Positions 30,324-40,825 of a DNA stretch of 64,000 nt are shown here, one piece after another. Every line of letters starts with the position of its first letter. Positions within the stretch are counted from its first letter, which is position 1. A model generated the notes under the pieces. That model had not been told where the DNA came from. It was given only the letters and a program-made list of their open reading frames with translations, and searched no databases. The stretch comes from an uncultured Veillonellaceae bacterium (GTDB lineage Bacteria; Bacillota; Negativicutes; JARBTT01), in the NCBI GenBank assembly GCA_963805085.1, contig CAWDTA010000005.1, positions 64,001 to 128,000 on the forward strand. Reading direction: 5' to 3'. Made by a program: the position numbers and the translations under genes.

Positions 30324-31199
30324 TTGAAGAATATGTTAATGAATATGAAAGAATTACTATTAGTAGCACAAGAAAATAAGTTTGCCGTACCTGCCTTTAA
30401 TACAAGTAGTAGTATGATTTTAAAAGGTGTTATGGAAGCCTGTAGAGAAAAAAAAGCTCCTGTTATTATCGCGATTCATCCCGATGAATTATCCTTTATT
30501 GAAGATAGCTTTATTGCGAGTGTGCGTGAAGAGCTCATGAGCAGTAATATACCAGGCGTCATTCATTTAGATCACGGTGGAACTTTTGAACAAGTAATGC
30601 GAGCAATTAAATGTGGTTTTACTTCAGTTATGATTGATGCCTCTTTACTGTCGTTTGAAGAAAATATTGCGATTACGAAAAAGGTCATTGAAGCAGCGCA
30701 TCCAGTAAATGTCTCAGTTGAGGCGGAGCTTGGAACGATAGGAACAACTGGAAACGGCGGGGAGGAAGGAACGGAGCAAATTATTTATACGAAACCAGAT
30801 ACGGTGAAAGAATTTGTTGAAAGAACGGGCGTTGATACTTTGGCAATTGCGATTGGTACATCGCATGGTATTTATCCAAAAGATATGAAACCAAAATTAA
30901 AACTAGATTTATTAAAAGAAATCAGAGGAATTGTGGATATCCCATTGGTACTGCATGGCGGGTCGGCGAATGAGGACAAAGAAATTGCCGAAGCTGTACA
31001 ATTAGGAATATCTAAAATAAATATATCAAGTGATATCAAGGATGCCTTTTATAAAAAATGCCGGGAAATATTATTGCAAGATTCAGGGATACGCGAACCA
31101 AATGCAATTTATCCACCATGCATTGAAGCAATGAAAGAGGTCATCTATGCTAAGATTGCATTATTTAATGATGGTGATAAAGTGAAATGTTATAAATAA
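30324..31199 (+). CDS. Class II ketose-bisphosphate aldolase 2
   Basis: HLDHG, VEAELG, IGTSHG, LVLHGGS, KINISS. Confidence 0.9.
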   Translation: MKNMLMNMKELLLVAQENKFAVPAFNTSSSMILKGVMEACREKKAPVIIAIHPDELSFIEDSFIASVREELMSSNIPGVIHLDHGGTFEQVMRAIKCGFTSVMIDASLLSFEENIAITKKVIEAAHPVNVSVEAELGTIGTTGNGGEEGTEQIIYTKPDTVKEFVERTGVDTLAIAIGTSHGIYPKDMKPKLKLDLLKEIRGIVDIPLVLHGGSANEDKEIAEAVQLGISKINISSDIKDAFYKKCREILLQDSGIREPNAIYPPCIEAMKEVIYAKIALFNDGDKVKCYK

Positions 31200-31266
31200 T
31201 CACAAATGTATTGGAACATCACTTTTATAGGGAAATAGTTTAACTTTAATAAAGTTTGTTACAAGA

Positions 31267-31298
31267 AATGGGCTGTCAATAATTTGACAGCCCATTTT
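31267..31298. terminator. Bidirectional terminator
   Basis: AAATGGGCTGTCAA-taat-TTGACAGCCCATTT. Confidence 0.8.
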
Positions 31299-31337
31299 GG
31301 ATATGACGGATAATGTTTTTAATATACTATTTTATTA

Positions 31338-32153
31338 TTATGAGAAAATGAAATATCCAAGTACAATAATCCCAAGCACGATACGATAGTAACCAAAGGC
31401 TTTAAAATCACTTGTCTTAATATAGGAAATCAAAAATTTAATCGTGATAACGGATACAATGTACGCAGAAATTAAACCAACAGCAAGAATTTGAATTTCC
31501 TCTGTGGTATAATCAAAGCCAAAATTCACGACCTTTAACAAGCTCGCGCCAAACATAACTGGTACAGCTAAAAAGAAAGAAAACTCAGCGGCAACTTCTC
31601 TTGAACAGCCAATCAGCATTGCTCCCAAGATTGTCGCACCGGAGCGTGATGTTCCCGGAATTAAGGATAATACTTGGAAACAGCCGATACTGAATGCTTT
31701 GGCAAAGCTAATTCTATGCAAATTCGTCACTTGTGGTCTACTATTTCTATTATGATTTTCTAATACGATAAATAAAACTCCATAGATAATCAAGGTAATG
31801 GCAACAGTCTGATAATTATAAAACATCGCATTTAGCATATGATCAAACGGTAAGCCAATCGCTGCTGCTGGAATTACAGCTACAATAACTTTCATCCATA
31901 ATGAAATTGCTTCTTGCTTGATGTAAATACCACGCTTATAGGCAATCGGACAAAGTTTTTGCCAATAGAGCGTAACGACTGCCATAATTGCCCCCAATTG
32001 AATGACAACGAGAAACATTTCTTTGAAAGCTGGGGTAATGCTTAATTTGATAAATTCATCTACTAAAATCATATGGCCAGTACTACTGATTGGCAACCAT
32101 TCTGTAATACCTTCTACGATTCCAAGAAATATTACTTTCAACATCTCTAACAC
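31338..32153 (-). CDS. uppP: Undecaprenyl-diphosphatase
   Basis: GIVEGITEWLPISSTGH, PGTSRSGATI. Confidence 0.95.
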   Translation of the reverse strand: MLEMLKVIFLGIVEGITEWLPISSTGHMILVDEFIKLSITPAFKEMFLVVIQLGAIMAVVTLYWQKLCPIAYKRGIYIKQEAISLWMKVIVAVIPAAAIGLPFDHMLNAMFYNYQTVAITLIIYGVLFIVLENHNRNSRPQVTNLHRISFAKAFSIGCFQVLSLIPGTSRSGATILGAMLIGCSREVAAEFSFFLAVPVMFGASLLKVVNFGFDYTTEEIQILAVGLISAYIVSVITIKFLISYIKTSDFKAFGYYRIVLGIIVLGYFIFS

Positions 32154-32501
32154 TAATATAACAACTCCTTAACATACAAAAATTACATATAAAGAGATTC
32201 TACTCTATGTTTTATAAATATGCAATCTTTCTGATGTTATTTGCGAAGAAAAATCATAACAAAAATTTAAAAGATAGAATAGATGTCATTGTAGAAAATA
32301 TTCTCTCCAAAAAAGCTGTGCAAATAAAGAGGCCTTAGTGATTATGTTTTATTGCAATCAAAATGAAACTGCGCTATATTTTAAATAACTACTATTTATA
32401 TTATTTAATAGCAAAGATAAATATGAATGCGTTTTCGTGTCATATTTATTGAAATTATTTTTCAGCTAAAAAGTAAATTCATTTTTATAGGAGCGTTAGT
32501 A

Positions 32502-32813
32502 TTGAATAAAATAGAACTAGAAAAAGAAGCGATGCATAAGATGTTAGCTATCTATTGTAAGAGTAAACACCATCAAGCTGGTTTATGTGAGAAGTGTACA
32601 GCATTATTAGCTGAAGTTCATAGACGCTTAGAGCATTGTCGATTTGGTGATAATAAACCAGCTTGTGGGAGTTGTAACATAAATTGCTATCGTGGTGACA
32701 AGTTTAAAGAAGTGGCTGCGATTATGCGTTATTCAGGACCAAGGATGTTATTTTATCACCCGATTCTCGCAATACAGCATTTGATTGATGTAAAATTTAA
32801 AAATAAACGGTAG
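32502..32813 (+). CDS. YgbA-like (nitrous oxide-stimulated promoter family) Cys-rich protein
   Basis: IYC..HH...LC..C...RL.HC.FG..KPAC..C...CY, MRYSGPRMLFYHP; TTG start after AGGAG. Confidence 0.85.
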   Translation: MNKIELEKEAMHKMLAIYCKSKHHQAGLCEKCTALLAEVHRRLEHCRFGDNKPACGSCNINCYRGDKFKEVAAIMRYSGPRMLFYHPILAIQHLIDVKFKNKR

Positions 32814-32889
32814 TATTATACTTTAAGCACAATCATAGTCTAAAAAGAATAACCTAATAGTGGAAGTAAGTATTAGGAGAAATTTTTAA

Positions 32890-33076
32890 ATGTCAGATTG
32901 TTGTTGTGACTATCATCATAACAACAATTGTTATCCAAAATGTCAGCATGAATGTGAGCGTAGGTGCCCGGCATGTGGTCATTCATTTATGTCCATGGGA
33001 TTGTCATATGTGTTTAACATGTGGCCATCATTTTAGTCATAAACATGAGTGTTCCCATTGTCATTGTGAGTTCTAA
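32890..33076 (+). pseudogene. Cys/His-rich 60-aa metallothionein-like peptide gene, copy 1 (4-bp TCAT duplication frameshift)
   Basis: AGGAG RBS; removing the duplicated TCAT restores MSDCCCDYHH...CSHCHCEF, colinear with copy 2. Confidence 0.75.
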
Positions 33077-33107
33077 GTGAAAATACTCCAATGAAGCATA
33101 AAGAAAA

Positions 33108-33151
33108 ATACGCTAAATAAGTCCTGTAAAAGCAGGGCTTATTTAGCGTAT
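33108..33151. terminator. Bidirectional terminator
   Basis: ATACGCTAAATAAGTCCTG...CAGGGCTTATTTAGCGTAT. Confidence 0.75.
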
Positions 33152-33206
33152 AATCAAGGCAAATACATGGCATGGTGACTAGTAGTATTTATTCATATTC
33201 CTTGAG

Positions 33207-35198
33207 TTAAACTCGGAATTTATTGACCTCTGTCTGTAAATCCTGAGCTAGCGTAGCAAGGCTCTGACTGGAGGAAGCGATTTCTTCCATTGATGCAGAT
33301 TGTTCCTCGGTTGCAGCTGATATTGATTGGGTTTGTCCCGATATATCATGACTAATTTGTTCTGATTTTCGCATTGATTCGAGTATCGTTTGGCTTGCGA
33401 TTACCAGTTGATTCATGTCGTCGGCTGATCCTTGCGCTATTGTTGCAACTTCACTTATATGTTTATCAATATCCCGGAATGCTTCACCGGCTTGAATGAC
33501 GATGTCAGATCCTTGTCGTACTTCCTGTGTTCCGTCAATCATCACTTTAACAGCATCTTCTGTTTTACTTTGTATATCGCCAATAATACCTGAGATCTGC
33601 TTCGCCGCCTCTTGAGACTGTTCCGCTAGTTTACGTACTTCGTCGGCTACTACTGCAAAGCCTCGCCCTTGTTCTCCTGCTCTTGCCGCTTCTATTGCTG
33701 CATTGAGTGCTAACAGATTCGTTTGTCCGGCAATGTTGGAAATTGTTTCAACAATTTGCCCGATTTTCTTGGAGTATTCACCTAGTTCACCAACCACATT
33801 CGCTGAATTGTCGACTGCTTTTCTAATATTATTCATTTGGTTAATAGCAGTGCTGACCGTCTCATCGCCTATTTTTGCTGAATTTACTGCACCGCCAACT
33901 ATGGTTACCGTGTTTTGTGTTTTATTGGATTGTTGCTGCATTTCTGCTGCAATTTTTTCTACCATTGTCATTGCTTTATATATTGTAGTAGATTGGTCTT
34001 CAACCGCTGTAGCAGTTTCACTAATAGAAATGGCCACAGAGTTGGCAGCTTGGGCAGATTGCTCAGCACTCGCAGTCAATTCTTCAGAGGAAGCCGCAAC
34101 TTGTTCTGAAGAAGAACCAATTTTATGTACTAAACCACGCAGATTTTTGACCATGGTTTCAAAAGCCAAAGCCAGATGTCCGAGTTCGTCCTTACTGGAT
34201 ACTGTAATTTTTGATAGACTGAGATCACCACTAGCAATACAATTTGCTGCCTTCTCAAGTATTTTAATCGGTTTGCTAATTTGCTCTGCAATATAGAAAA
34301 TAACACCAGATACAATCAGTAATACAATAAGAATGGTTATGAGCGTGATCCAAGTAAATGAGCTTAAAACGGCAGTTGTTTCTTTTACCGGAACTGTAAT
34401 CCATATTGACCAATTTGTTCCGCTAATTGGTTCATATGATAAATATTTTTCTCCAACGGAATACTTATTGATTATAGTTCCGGATGTTCCATTCATTGCG
34501 TTTTCCATTGCTATTTTTAATTCCGCTGAGCTGTTAGGGTCGGTAAGGGCGTTGAAGTTATTTACGAGATCTTTGGTTGGATGAAAAATGGTTAAGCCAT
34601 CTTTTCGTACAATATGAGCAGTACCCGTTTCATATAATTTTATATCACTAATAAATTTTTGTAAAAAATCTACTTTGGTTACACCAAAAAGCATTCCTGT
34701 GATGCGATCACCATTTTTGACTGGCATCGAAATTGCAACAACCTGATTTCCTGTTTTTTCGGCAATAGATGGATCAGATATCATTGTTTCTCCATTCATT
34801 GCTGATTTAAAGAAAGGAGCTTTACTGATATTTCCAGCTTCTCCATGAGAGTCAATTAAGTTACCAGATGTGTCAGACCAAACGATTGCTTCATAAAGGT
34901 CTTTATTTTTATTTAATTCTGATGCAAGATAAGTTTGAATGGTACTACGATCTCCATTCGTAATAATTGGCGAGCGGGATATAGTCGCCAATTCCGTTTT
35001 GCTGTTATTTAAAATAGCAGAGATTTCGATTGATGTTGATTTTGCTAAAGAGGAAATTTCGTTTTGAACATTATTTTGTATGAGTTTTTTTGCTTGCCAA
35101 TAGTTTAGTCCGGATAAAATGCCAAGTGAAAAAATAAATAGAGTAATAATCACCACAGCCAACTTTGTTCTAATACGATTAATGTTAAACACCTCCAA
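33207..35198 (-). CDS. Methyl-accepting chemotaxis protein with dCache sensor
   Basis: Two TMs, Cache domain, HAMP (KDELGHLA), [35 protein letters not shown]. Confidence 0.95.
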   Translation of the reverse strand: MEVFNINRIRTKLAVVIITLFIFSLGILSGLNYWQAKKLIQNNVQNEISSLAKSTSIEISAILNNSKTELATISRSPIITNGDRSTIQTYLASELNKNKDLYEAIVWSDTSGNLIDSHGEAGNISKAPFFKSAMNGETMISDPSIAEKTGNQVVAISMPVKNGDRITGMLFGVTKVDFLQKFISDIKLYETGTAHIVRKDGLTIFHPTKDLVNNFNALTDPNSSAELKIAMENAMNGTSGTIINKYSVGEKYLSYEPISGTNWSIWITVPVKETTAVLSSFTWITLITILIVLLIVSGVIFYIAEQISKPIKILEKAANCIASGDLSLSKITVSSKDELGHLALAFETMVKNLRGLVHKIGSSSEQVAASSEELTASAEQSAQAANSVAISISETATAVEDQSTTIYKAMTMVEKIAAEMQQQSNKTQNTVTIVGGAVNSAKIGDETVSTAINQMNNIRKAVDNSANVVGELGEYSKKIGQIVETISNIAGQTNLLALNAAIEAARAGEQGRGFAVVADEVRKLAEQSQEAAKQISGIIGDIQSKTEDAVKVMIDGTQEVRQGSDIVIQAGEAFRDIDKHISEVATIAQGSADDMNQLVIASQTILESMRKSEQISHDISGQTQSISAATEEQSASMEEIASSSQSLATLAQDLQTEVNKFRV

Positions 35199-35314
35199 TG
35201 GATAATGAATCGATAGTATTGTTCTTGGCTCTATAGATGAGTGATAGCGATAGAGCGATACATTGTTAATTTACGTTTTAGCTTAACAATGTATCGCTCT
35301 ATCAAATTATTAAT

Positions 35315-36391
35315 TTAGAAGAAAAAGTCTATTTGGGCACGGAATTTATCTTCTTTAGTATTTGTGCTCAATTCTTTGACGTCATCGTACCAGATGGTAA
35401 GCATTGAGCTCATACAAGGAACGTAATGGAATCCATAGCGAATACCTTTTTGATTAGCAGCTAAAGGTATATCATTTCCGATAATTGAATTTGTTTCTAG
35501 ATTATGATAAGTAACAAAAGTATCATAGGAATGAATTTTCCATGGATTAGCGCCCTTATATGTTAGTTTTGCATAAGATCCAGTATTATCCGACTCTGCA
35601 GTAGATCTGACTTGTGCGCATTCGAAGCTAAGGTCTTTACTGATCTTTGTATCAAAGCCATACTCTGTGAAACTGAGTTCGGGACTGCTAAATAGTACTT
35701 CTTTAGGAATGGCCACAGAACCTTTTTGGTAAGAGGCTCTAATATTGGTAATTTGAGAAACTGGAACTACAACATCAATTGCATGATATGAACTTGTTTG
35801 CATAGTTCCATCGGCAGTGCTTAGTGACGAGTTGTTACTAGTTCCTGGCCAATATGGAGTATTTTCACCAGTTACTATAGTAGTTTTTACTACTTTACCA
35901 AAAGAAATAAGACCACCGCTGACCTCTTGATAGTTACCATGAACTAATCCGTAAGTAGGCATATAAGTAAAGCGACCAAGTTTTACGGTGGTTCCATCAA
36001 ACTCTCCATCGACATGAACTTGAAAAACAGGCCAGTTCCAGTCATGTAATACGCCATCAGGAGAATAAGAAAAAGGTACATCATTTCTTAGGTTTCGGTG
36101 AAATTCACTTTCAGTTATAACTGAAAGTTGATCATTTATCTTTGCTGAAATTTTTAAATTTACCATGCTATCAAAATCTGTAACACCTTTACCTTGGGTA
36201 TGCTCATATCTAGTACCGAAAATACCAGATATTTTGATTTTTTCATCAGTTGTAGTTTTAGTATCAGTGGCAACGGTGTTATTAGTTACAGCTTTTGTAT
36301 CAGTTGCCACTGTGGTATCAGCTGCAAAGGTATTGCCACCAATACCAAGTAGTAATATAGCCGTTAAAAGTGTGATTGATTTTTTCTTCAT
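35315..36391 (-). CDS. Putative outer-membrane beta-barrel porin
   Basis: Sec signal (MKKK...TFA), alternating beta-strand pattern, C-terminal FRAQIDFFF beta-signal. Confidence 0.75.
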   Translation of the reverse strand: MKKKSITLLTAILLLGIGGNTFAADTTVATDTKAVTNNTVATDTKTTTDEKIKISGIFGTRYEHTQGKGVTDFDSMVNLKISAKINDQLSVITESEFHRNLRNDVPFSYSPDGVLHDWNWPVFQVHVDGEFDGTTVKLGRFTYMPTYGLVHGNYQEVSGGLISFGKVVKTTIVTGENTPYWPGTSNNSSLSTADGTMQTSSYHAIDVVVPVSQITNIRASYQKGSVAIPKEVLFSSPELSFTEYGFDTKISKDLSFECAQVRSTAESDNTGSYAKLTYKGANPWKIHSYDTFVTYHNLETNSIIGNDIPLAANQKGIRYGFHYVPCMSSMLTIWYDDVKELSTNTKEDKFRAQIDFFF

Positions 36392-36541
36392 AAATTTTTG
36401 CCTCCGCTTCAAATATAATTAGTGTGTTGTTTATTCAATTAAATGCAGGCAGCGTATGTTTGACTGAACTTAATTGAAAAGAAGAAATATTTGCAAATTT
36501 ACAAGCAAATATATCCAGTGTTATGAAAAGCATGAATTAAT

Positions 36542-36655
36542 AATAAAAATAAGTTATACATGTATAATCAATATTTTAGAGTGGATTAGGGGGTAAAAAC
36601 AAATAATCTATTTCACACTTAAAATGCAAATTATTATTTCATAAATAATAGTTAT
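36542..36655 (-). promoter_or_regulatory. Duplicated regulatory region, copy upstream of the porin
   Basis: Colinear and highly similar to 43364-43476; contains GTTATACATGTATAA palindrome and LysR-like T-N11-A boxes. Confidence 0.75.
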
Positions 36656-38470
36656 TTATTTTTGTGAAAAATGATGAATTGTTGCTAAAAGACAGCCAAG
36701 CGTTATGAGGATACAACCTAACCATACAAGGAAAATGAATGGTTTAAAGCTAATCTCAAAGCTTTGATCATTTCCAGCGATATAGAAATCACCTGATAAT
36801 GTACTATAAATTGCCGGCTCTTTTGCGGCAATTGTACCAAGATCGTTGAGCTTGTTCGTTATGGAAATTGTATTGCCGTCAATAGAGAAGTTTTGCTTCA
36901 TTTCATTATGGCTGTCATTGATGGTTTTGCTTTGGTAGGTAATTGGTAGAGTGTATACTGTTTGAGTTTCGCCAACAGCAAGAGAGAAGGTTTCTTGCTG
37001 CGCCGCTACGGATGAAAAAAGGATGCCGATGCATAAAAAGGCTAGGCCGATATGAGAGAGTATGGCTGCTAGTGAAAGCTGCCGTTTAATGATATGAATA
37101 GCAATTACAGCCATAGCAAGACTGATCGTAAGGAGATAGAGTGGGTGAACAATTCCATAATAGAGGCAAAAAATAACACCAATAAAAAATGGAATAGCAA
37201 GAAAGAGGTATCGTTTATAGTTGATATTCTTTATCTGGCCCCAGGCTACGATTGGACTGAAAATAAGCAGTACCAGCAAGAGTGCAACCAAAGGCAAGGT
37301 AGAATTATTGTAGAAATTCGTACTGACATTGGTTGCATTCCCAAGAAAATTTGTGATGAGCGGTGTTGACATACCAATCAAGACTAAAAGTGCAAGTCCT
37401 AAAAACAGAATAGAACCGGCGGTGATCATGAATTCTCTGCTTGTGAAGTTTTGATATAGCGGTGCGGTATAGACGGACCCCCACTTAAATACTAAAACGA
37501 GTGTAGCGGCGAAGATTACGATAAATATCGATATTCCAAGAAGATAGGCCGAATCATCTCCACTAAAGGCATGAACAGAAAAATCATTTAAGATGCCACT
37601 GCGTGTTAGGAAAGTACCATAAAGCACAAGGATAAAACTATAAATTGCTGAAAAATACGTAAAGCGAAAAGCGCCAGGTTTTATTTTTGCCAGTTGTAGT
37701 AGATGAATGAGTGCGCCGCTAACGAGCCAGGGAACAAGGGAGGAATTTTCGACGGGATCCCAGCCCCAGTATCCTCCCCAACCTAGTGTTTTATAGGCCC
37801 AATAGCCACCGATAAAAATTCCGGCACCAAGAAATGTCCACGAAAAAAGAGCCCAGGGTAGAGCTTTATCTATCCAGTCTTTATGCTTAGTGCTTATGAG
37901 TCCGCCAATGGCATAAGCAAATGGAATCGCAAGGGTAGCATAGCCAATAAAAATGATTGGTGGATGAATGACCATCCAAAAATTTTGTAATAAAGGATTG
38001 AGACCCATGCCATCAGGGTAGGCAGGACCAAGCATAAATGGATTTTTAATGATTAAGAGGATTACAAGGAGTGTTTGTACCATAACATAGGCGATAAAAG
38101 CCGGCTGGTTCATAGATTGGTTTTTCTGAAAATATAAGCCAAGTACAGCATGGATAAGAAGCCAAAGCAAAAAAGAACCTTCTTGTCCTGCCCAGAAAGC
38201 GGCAATTTTGTAGGACAGCCCTAACGAATGTGATGAATAACTCCATACATAAAAATATTGAAATTTATCAGTTAAAATAACGTACATGAGAAAGATGCTA
38301 GATATTATAATGCAAATAACTGATAGCTTATAGGAAAAATCAGCTAACGAAAATGTTGGTTTGCTGTCTGATTTTTTTTTACTATCATCCTTTGCAAAGC
38401 GAGAGATGTACGCAATAAAGGAAATAATGCTCGTGATACAAGCTAGAAATAAAGAAATAACACCGATCAT
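36656..38470 (-). CDS. ccmF: Cytochrome c biogenesis heme lyase CcmF
   Basis: WAGQEGS, LNPLLQ, HPP, WGGYWGWDPVENSSLVPW, SVHAF. Confidence 0.95.
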   Translation of the reverse strand: MIGVISLFLACITSIISFIAYISRFAKDDSKKKSDSKPTFSLADFSYKLSVICIIISSIFLMYVILTDKFQYFYVWSYSSHSLGLSYKIAAFWAGQEGSFLLWLLIHAVLGLYFQKNQSMNQPAFIAYVMVQTLLVILLIIKNPFMLGPAYPDGMGLNPLLQNFWMVIHPPIIFIGYATLAIPFAYAIGGLISTKHKDWIDKALPWALFSWTFLGAGIFIGGYWAYKTLGWGGYWGWDPVENSSLVPWLVSGALIHLLQLAKIKPGAFRFTYFSAIYSFILVLYGTFLTRSGILNDFSVHAFSGDDSAYLLGISIFIVIFAATLVLVFKWGSVYTAPLYQNFTSREFMITAGSILFLGLALLVLIGMSTPLITNFLGNATNVSTNFYNNSTLPLVALLLVLLIFSPIVAWGQIKNINYKRYLFLAIPFFIGVIFCLYYGIVHPLYLLTISLAMAVIAIHIIKRQLSLAAILSHIGLAFLCIGILFSSVAAQQETFSLAVGETQTVYTLPITYQSKTINDSHNEMKQNFSIDGNTISITNKLNDLGTIAAKEPAIYSTLSGDFYIAGNDQSFEISFKPFIFLVWLGCILITLGCLLATIHHFSQK

Positions 38471-38844
38471 TGCTGAGTTTCTCCTTTTCGTTCATATTTT
38501 GATGGACATTTAACCAATAGCTTATCCGCTTGAAACTGACCATCTTTGTATTTGCCAATCGCAACAATACTGTCGGCGTGTTCGAAATTATCAGGTTTTA
38601 AACCATGATAAGAAACTGGTACTTTATCACCTGCTTCATCCATTAGGAAGAAATGCAATTGCTGCGCTTCATAGGTAATGGTTTCTGTAGCTTTTACCAG
38701 CGTTCCCTTCACTTGTACGGTAGATTTACTGGCTTTGGCTTCGGCAAAACTTACATAAGGGTTAAGGGAGGTACTGAACTCCATGAGTGCATAAACCGCA
38801 AATAGTGCAATGGAAAATAAGATAATCCCATGTCGTTTATTCAT
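38467..38844 (-). CDS. ccmE: Heme chaperone CcmE, CxxxY variant
   Basis: LLVKCPSKY in place of HxxxY; N-terminal TM. Confidence 0.9.
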   Translation of the reverse strand: MNKRHGIILFSIALFAVYALMEFSTSLNPYVSFAEAKASKSTVQVKGTLVKATETITYEAQQLHFFLMDEAGDKVPVSYHGLKPDNFEHADSIVAIGKYKDGQFQADKLLVKCPSKYERKGETQQ

Positions 38845-39458
38845 AACTTGATTCCTCGCTTAAATAAAAGTTTGAAAAATATGCAGGTTATATTGCATAG
38901 TGCAGCGATTAGGACATAAAGCATGATTTGGTCCATAGAGATTTTGCCACTGTTATTTAAAAGTGGCTCCGGATGCAGAGAAAAATAATAGCGAGGAATG
39001 ACAAAAACAAGAAATGGCATCGTTACGCAAGAGAATAGAGAATAAATGGCGGATATCTTTGCTCGAACTTCTTCGTCTACGATCGAGGTTCGCAGAGCGA
39101 AATAAGCACCGTAGATAAGCAGTAGAATAAAGATGGTGATTTGTCTTGGATCCCAGTTCCAGTAAGCGCCCCAGGTTAGCTTTGCAAAGATTGCCCCGCT
39201 TATCGTTGCCATCAGACAAAAGAGAAAGCCTAAATATGCCGAACGGCTACTGATTGTATCGTATTTTAAAGCACGTGTTTTTAAGTAACGAAAAGCCCAC
39301 CAGGCGGAAAGTAAAAAAGCAAGTACCGATACCCAAGCAACTGGAATATGAAAATAAGCGATGCGGACAAGATTGCCAAGACCTTCGGCAGGCGGTACCA
39401 GATAAAAGACAGCCCAGACCACTATTGTAGTAAAAAGTGCAATAAAAATATTAATCAT
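38841..39458 (-). CDS. ccmC: Heme exporter CcmC
   Basis: YFHIP, WGAYWNWDPR, SLHP. Confidence 0.92.
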   Translation of the reverse strand: MINIFIALFTTIVVWAVFYLVPPAEGLGNLVRIAYFHIPVAWVSVLAFLLSAWWAFRYLKTRALKYDTISSRSAYLGFLFCLMATISGAIFAKLTWGAYWNWDPRQITIFILLLIYGAYFALRTSIVDEEVRAKISAIYSLFSCVTMPFLVFVIPRYYFSLHPEPLLNNSGKISMDQIMLYVLIAALCNITCIFFKLLFKRGIKL

Positions 39459-39472
39459 TATAAAAATCCTTT

Positions 39473-40150
39473 CTAATCGTACCAGATGTAATCAAATAGT
39501 ATAGAAGCAACGCCAATCAGAACCATATCATAAGCACCGACGAAGAGTAGCTGTCGCTGCATAGTAAACGAATTTGGAGTAAAGGTAGTTTCAGTAAGTT
39601 GAATGCATAATAAAAAAAGCGGCAGGATAATAGGAAAACTCAGTATGGTAAATAACGAAGTCTGACTTTGCGTGTAAATAATCATCGAAGCAGTCAGTGT
39701 CGTAACAATCGCAATACCAGCATTTCCGGCTAATAAAATAAGCAATAAGAAAAAAGGATGATAGATTTCTACGTTTAATAAAATAATGAATAAAGGAAGT
39801 AAAAATAGTGTTAAAACATTCAATAAAAGAAAATTGTAAATGAATTTGCCGAATAAAACTGGTTGACTTGTGCCATAAGCGCGGAGCGTATGGATTGTTC
39901 CTGAAACCTGTTCCTGTAAAAAAACGCGCGACAAACCTGCCATGGCTGAAAAAAATAAAATAATCCAGAAAAGAATGGCTAAGAATTTCGCATCTAATGC
40001 TTGATTGCCGATGGACATACTAATGACAGATAAGGTTGTCAGAGAAAACATGAGCAGTGAGTTTATTGCATAATGGGAACGAAACTCTGTTTTGAATTCT
40101 TTTTGTAAAATAAGATTTATTTTATGTAAGGTGGATGACTGAATCTGCAT
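39473..40150 (-). CDS. ccmB: Heme exporter permease CcmB
   Basis: KEFKTEFR, LFWIILFFS, LSFPIILP; position within ccm operon. Confidence 0.88.
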   Translation of the reverse strand: MQIQSSTLHKINLILQKEFKTEFRSHYAINSLLMFSLTTLSVISMSIGNQALDAKFLAILFWIILFFSAMAGLSRVFLQEQVSGTIHTLRAYGTSQPVLFGKFIYNFLLLNVLTLFLLPLFIILLNVEIYHPFFLLLILLAGNAGIAIVTTLTASMIIYTQSQTSLFTILSFPIILPLFLLCIQLTETTFTPNSFTMQRQLLFVGAYDMVLIGVASILFDYIWYD

Positions 40151-40742
40151 AATTTACCTCCGAGGGTTCATTTGTTGCTAGAAAAACAGTACGGTTTTCA
40201 TTGCAAGCGGTTTGAATAAGGCGTTGTATTAGCTGGTGTCCTGATTCATCTAAATTGGAAGAAGGTTCGTCTAGAAACCATACAGTTTTATCTGCGGCAA
40301 CGAGCAGAGCTAATTTAAGACGTTGTTTCATGCCGGTAGAAAAATTCTTTATTTGCTGATCTGGCTGTACAGAAAGTTGTACTGTTTCTAACAGGTTAGC
40401 TATGGAAACAGTAGATAAATTAATTCCGGTGATACCTGCAAAAAATTTAAGGTTTTCTTCAGCCGTTAATGAATCATATAATTGCATTTCTGGCATCACG
40501 AAAGCAGTATGCGTGCGAAATTCGGTTATTGATACTTCTTTTTGCATATGAAGATAGGAAATAGCACCCGATGAAGGGGCTATATTGCCTGCAATGATTT
40601 TTAAAAACGTAGATTTACCTGAACCGTTGTTTCCAGTGATACAGGTACAAGAGCCAGCGGTGATTTTCCCAGAAAGATTATGATATAAAGAATTTGTATG
40701 AAATTTTTTAGTAATATTGGTAAAGATAATATCAATGCTCAT
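40122..40742 (-). CDS. ccmA: Heme exporter ATPase CcmA
   Basis: GNNGSGKS, FSTGMKQRL, LDEP; overlaps ccmB. Confidence 0.88.
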   Translation of the reverse strand: MSIDIIFTNITKKFHTNSLYHNLSGKITAGSCTCITGNNGSGKSTFLKIIAGNIAPSSGAISYLHMQKEVSITEFRTHTAFVMPEMQLYDSLTAEENLKFFAGITGINLSTVSIANLLETVQLSVQPDQQIKNFSTGMKQRLKLALLVAADKTVWFLDEPSSNLDESGHQLIQRLIQTACNENRTVFLATNEPSEVNYADSVIHLT

Positions 40743-40825
40743 TAAAATACTCCCTATAGTAAGATAAGACCATACTTTTTAAGGAATGGTCTTGTCTTTT
40801 TATTTATGAGGTTTTTGCTGATGTA

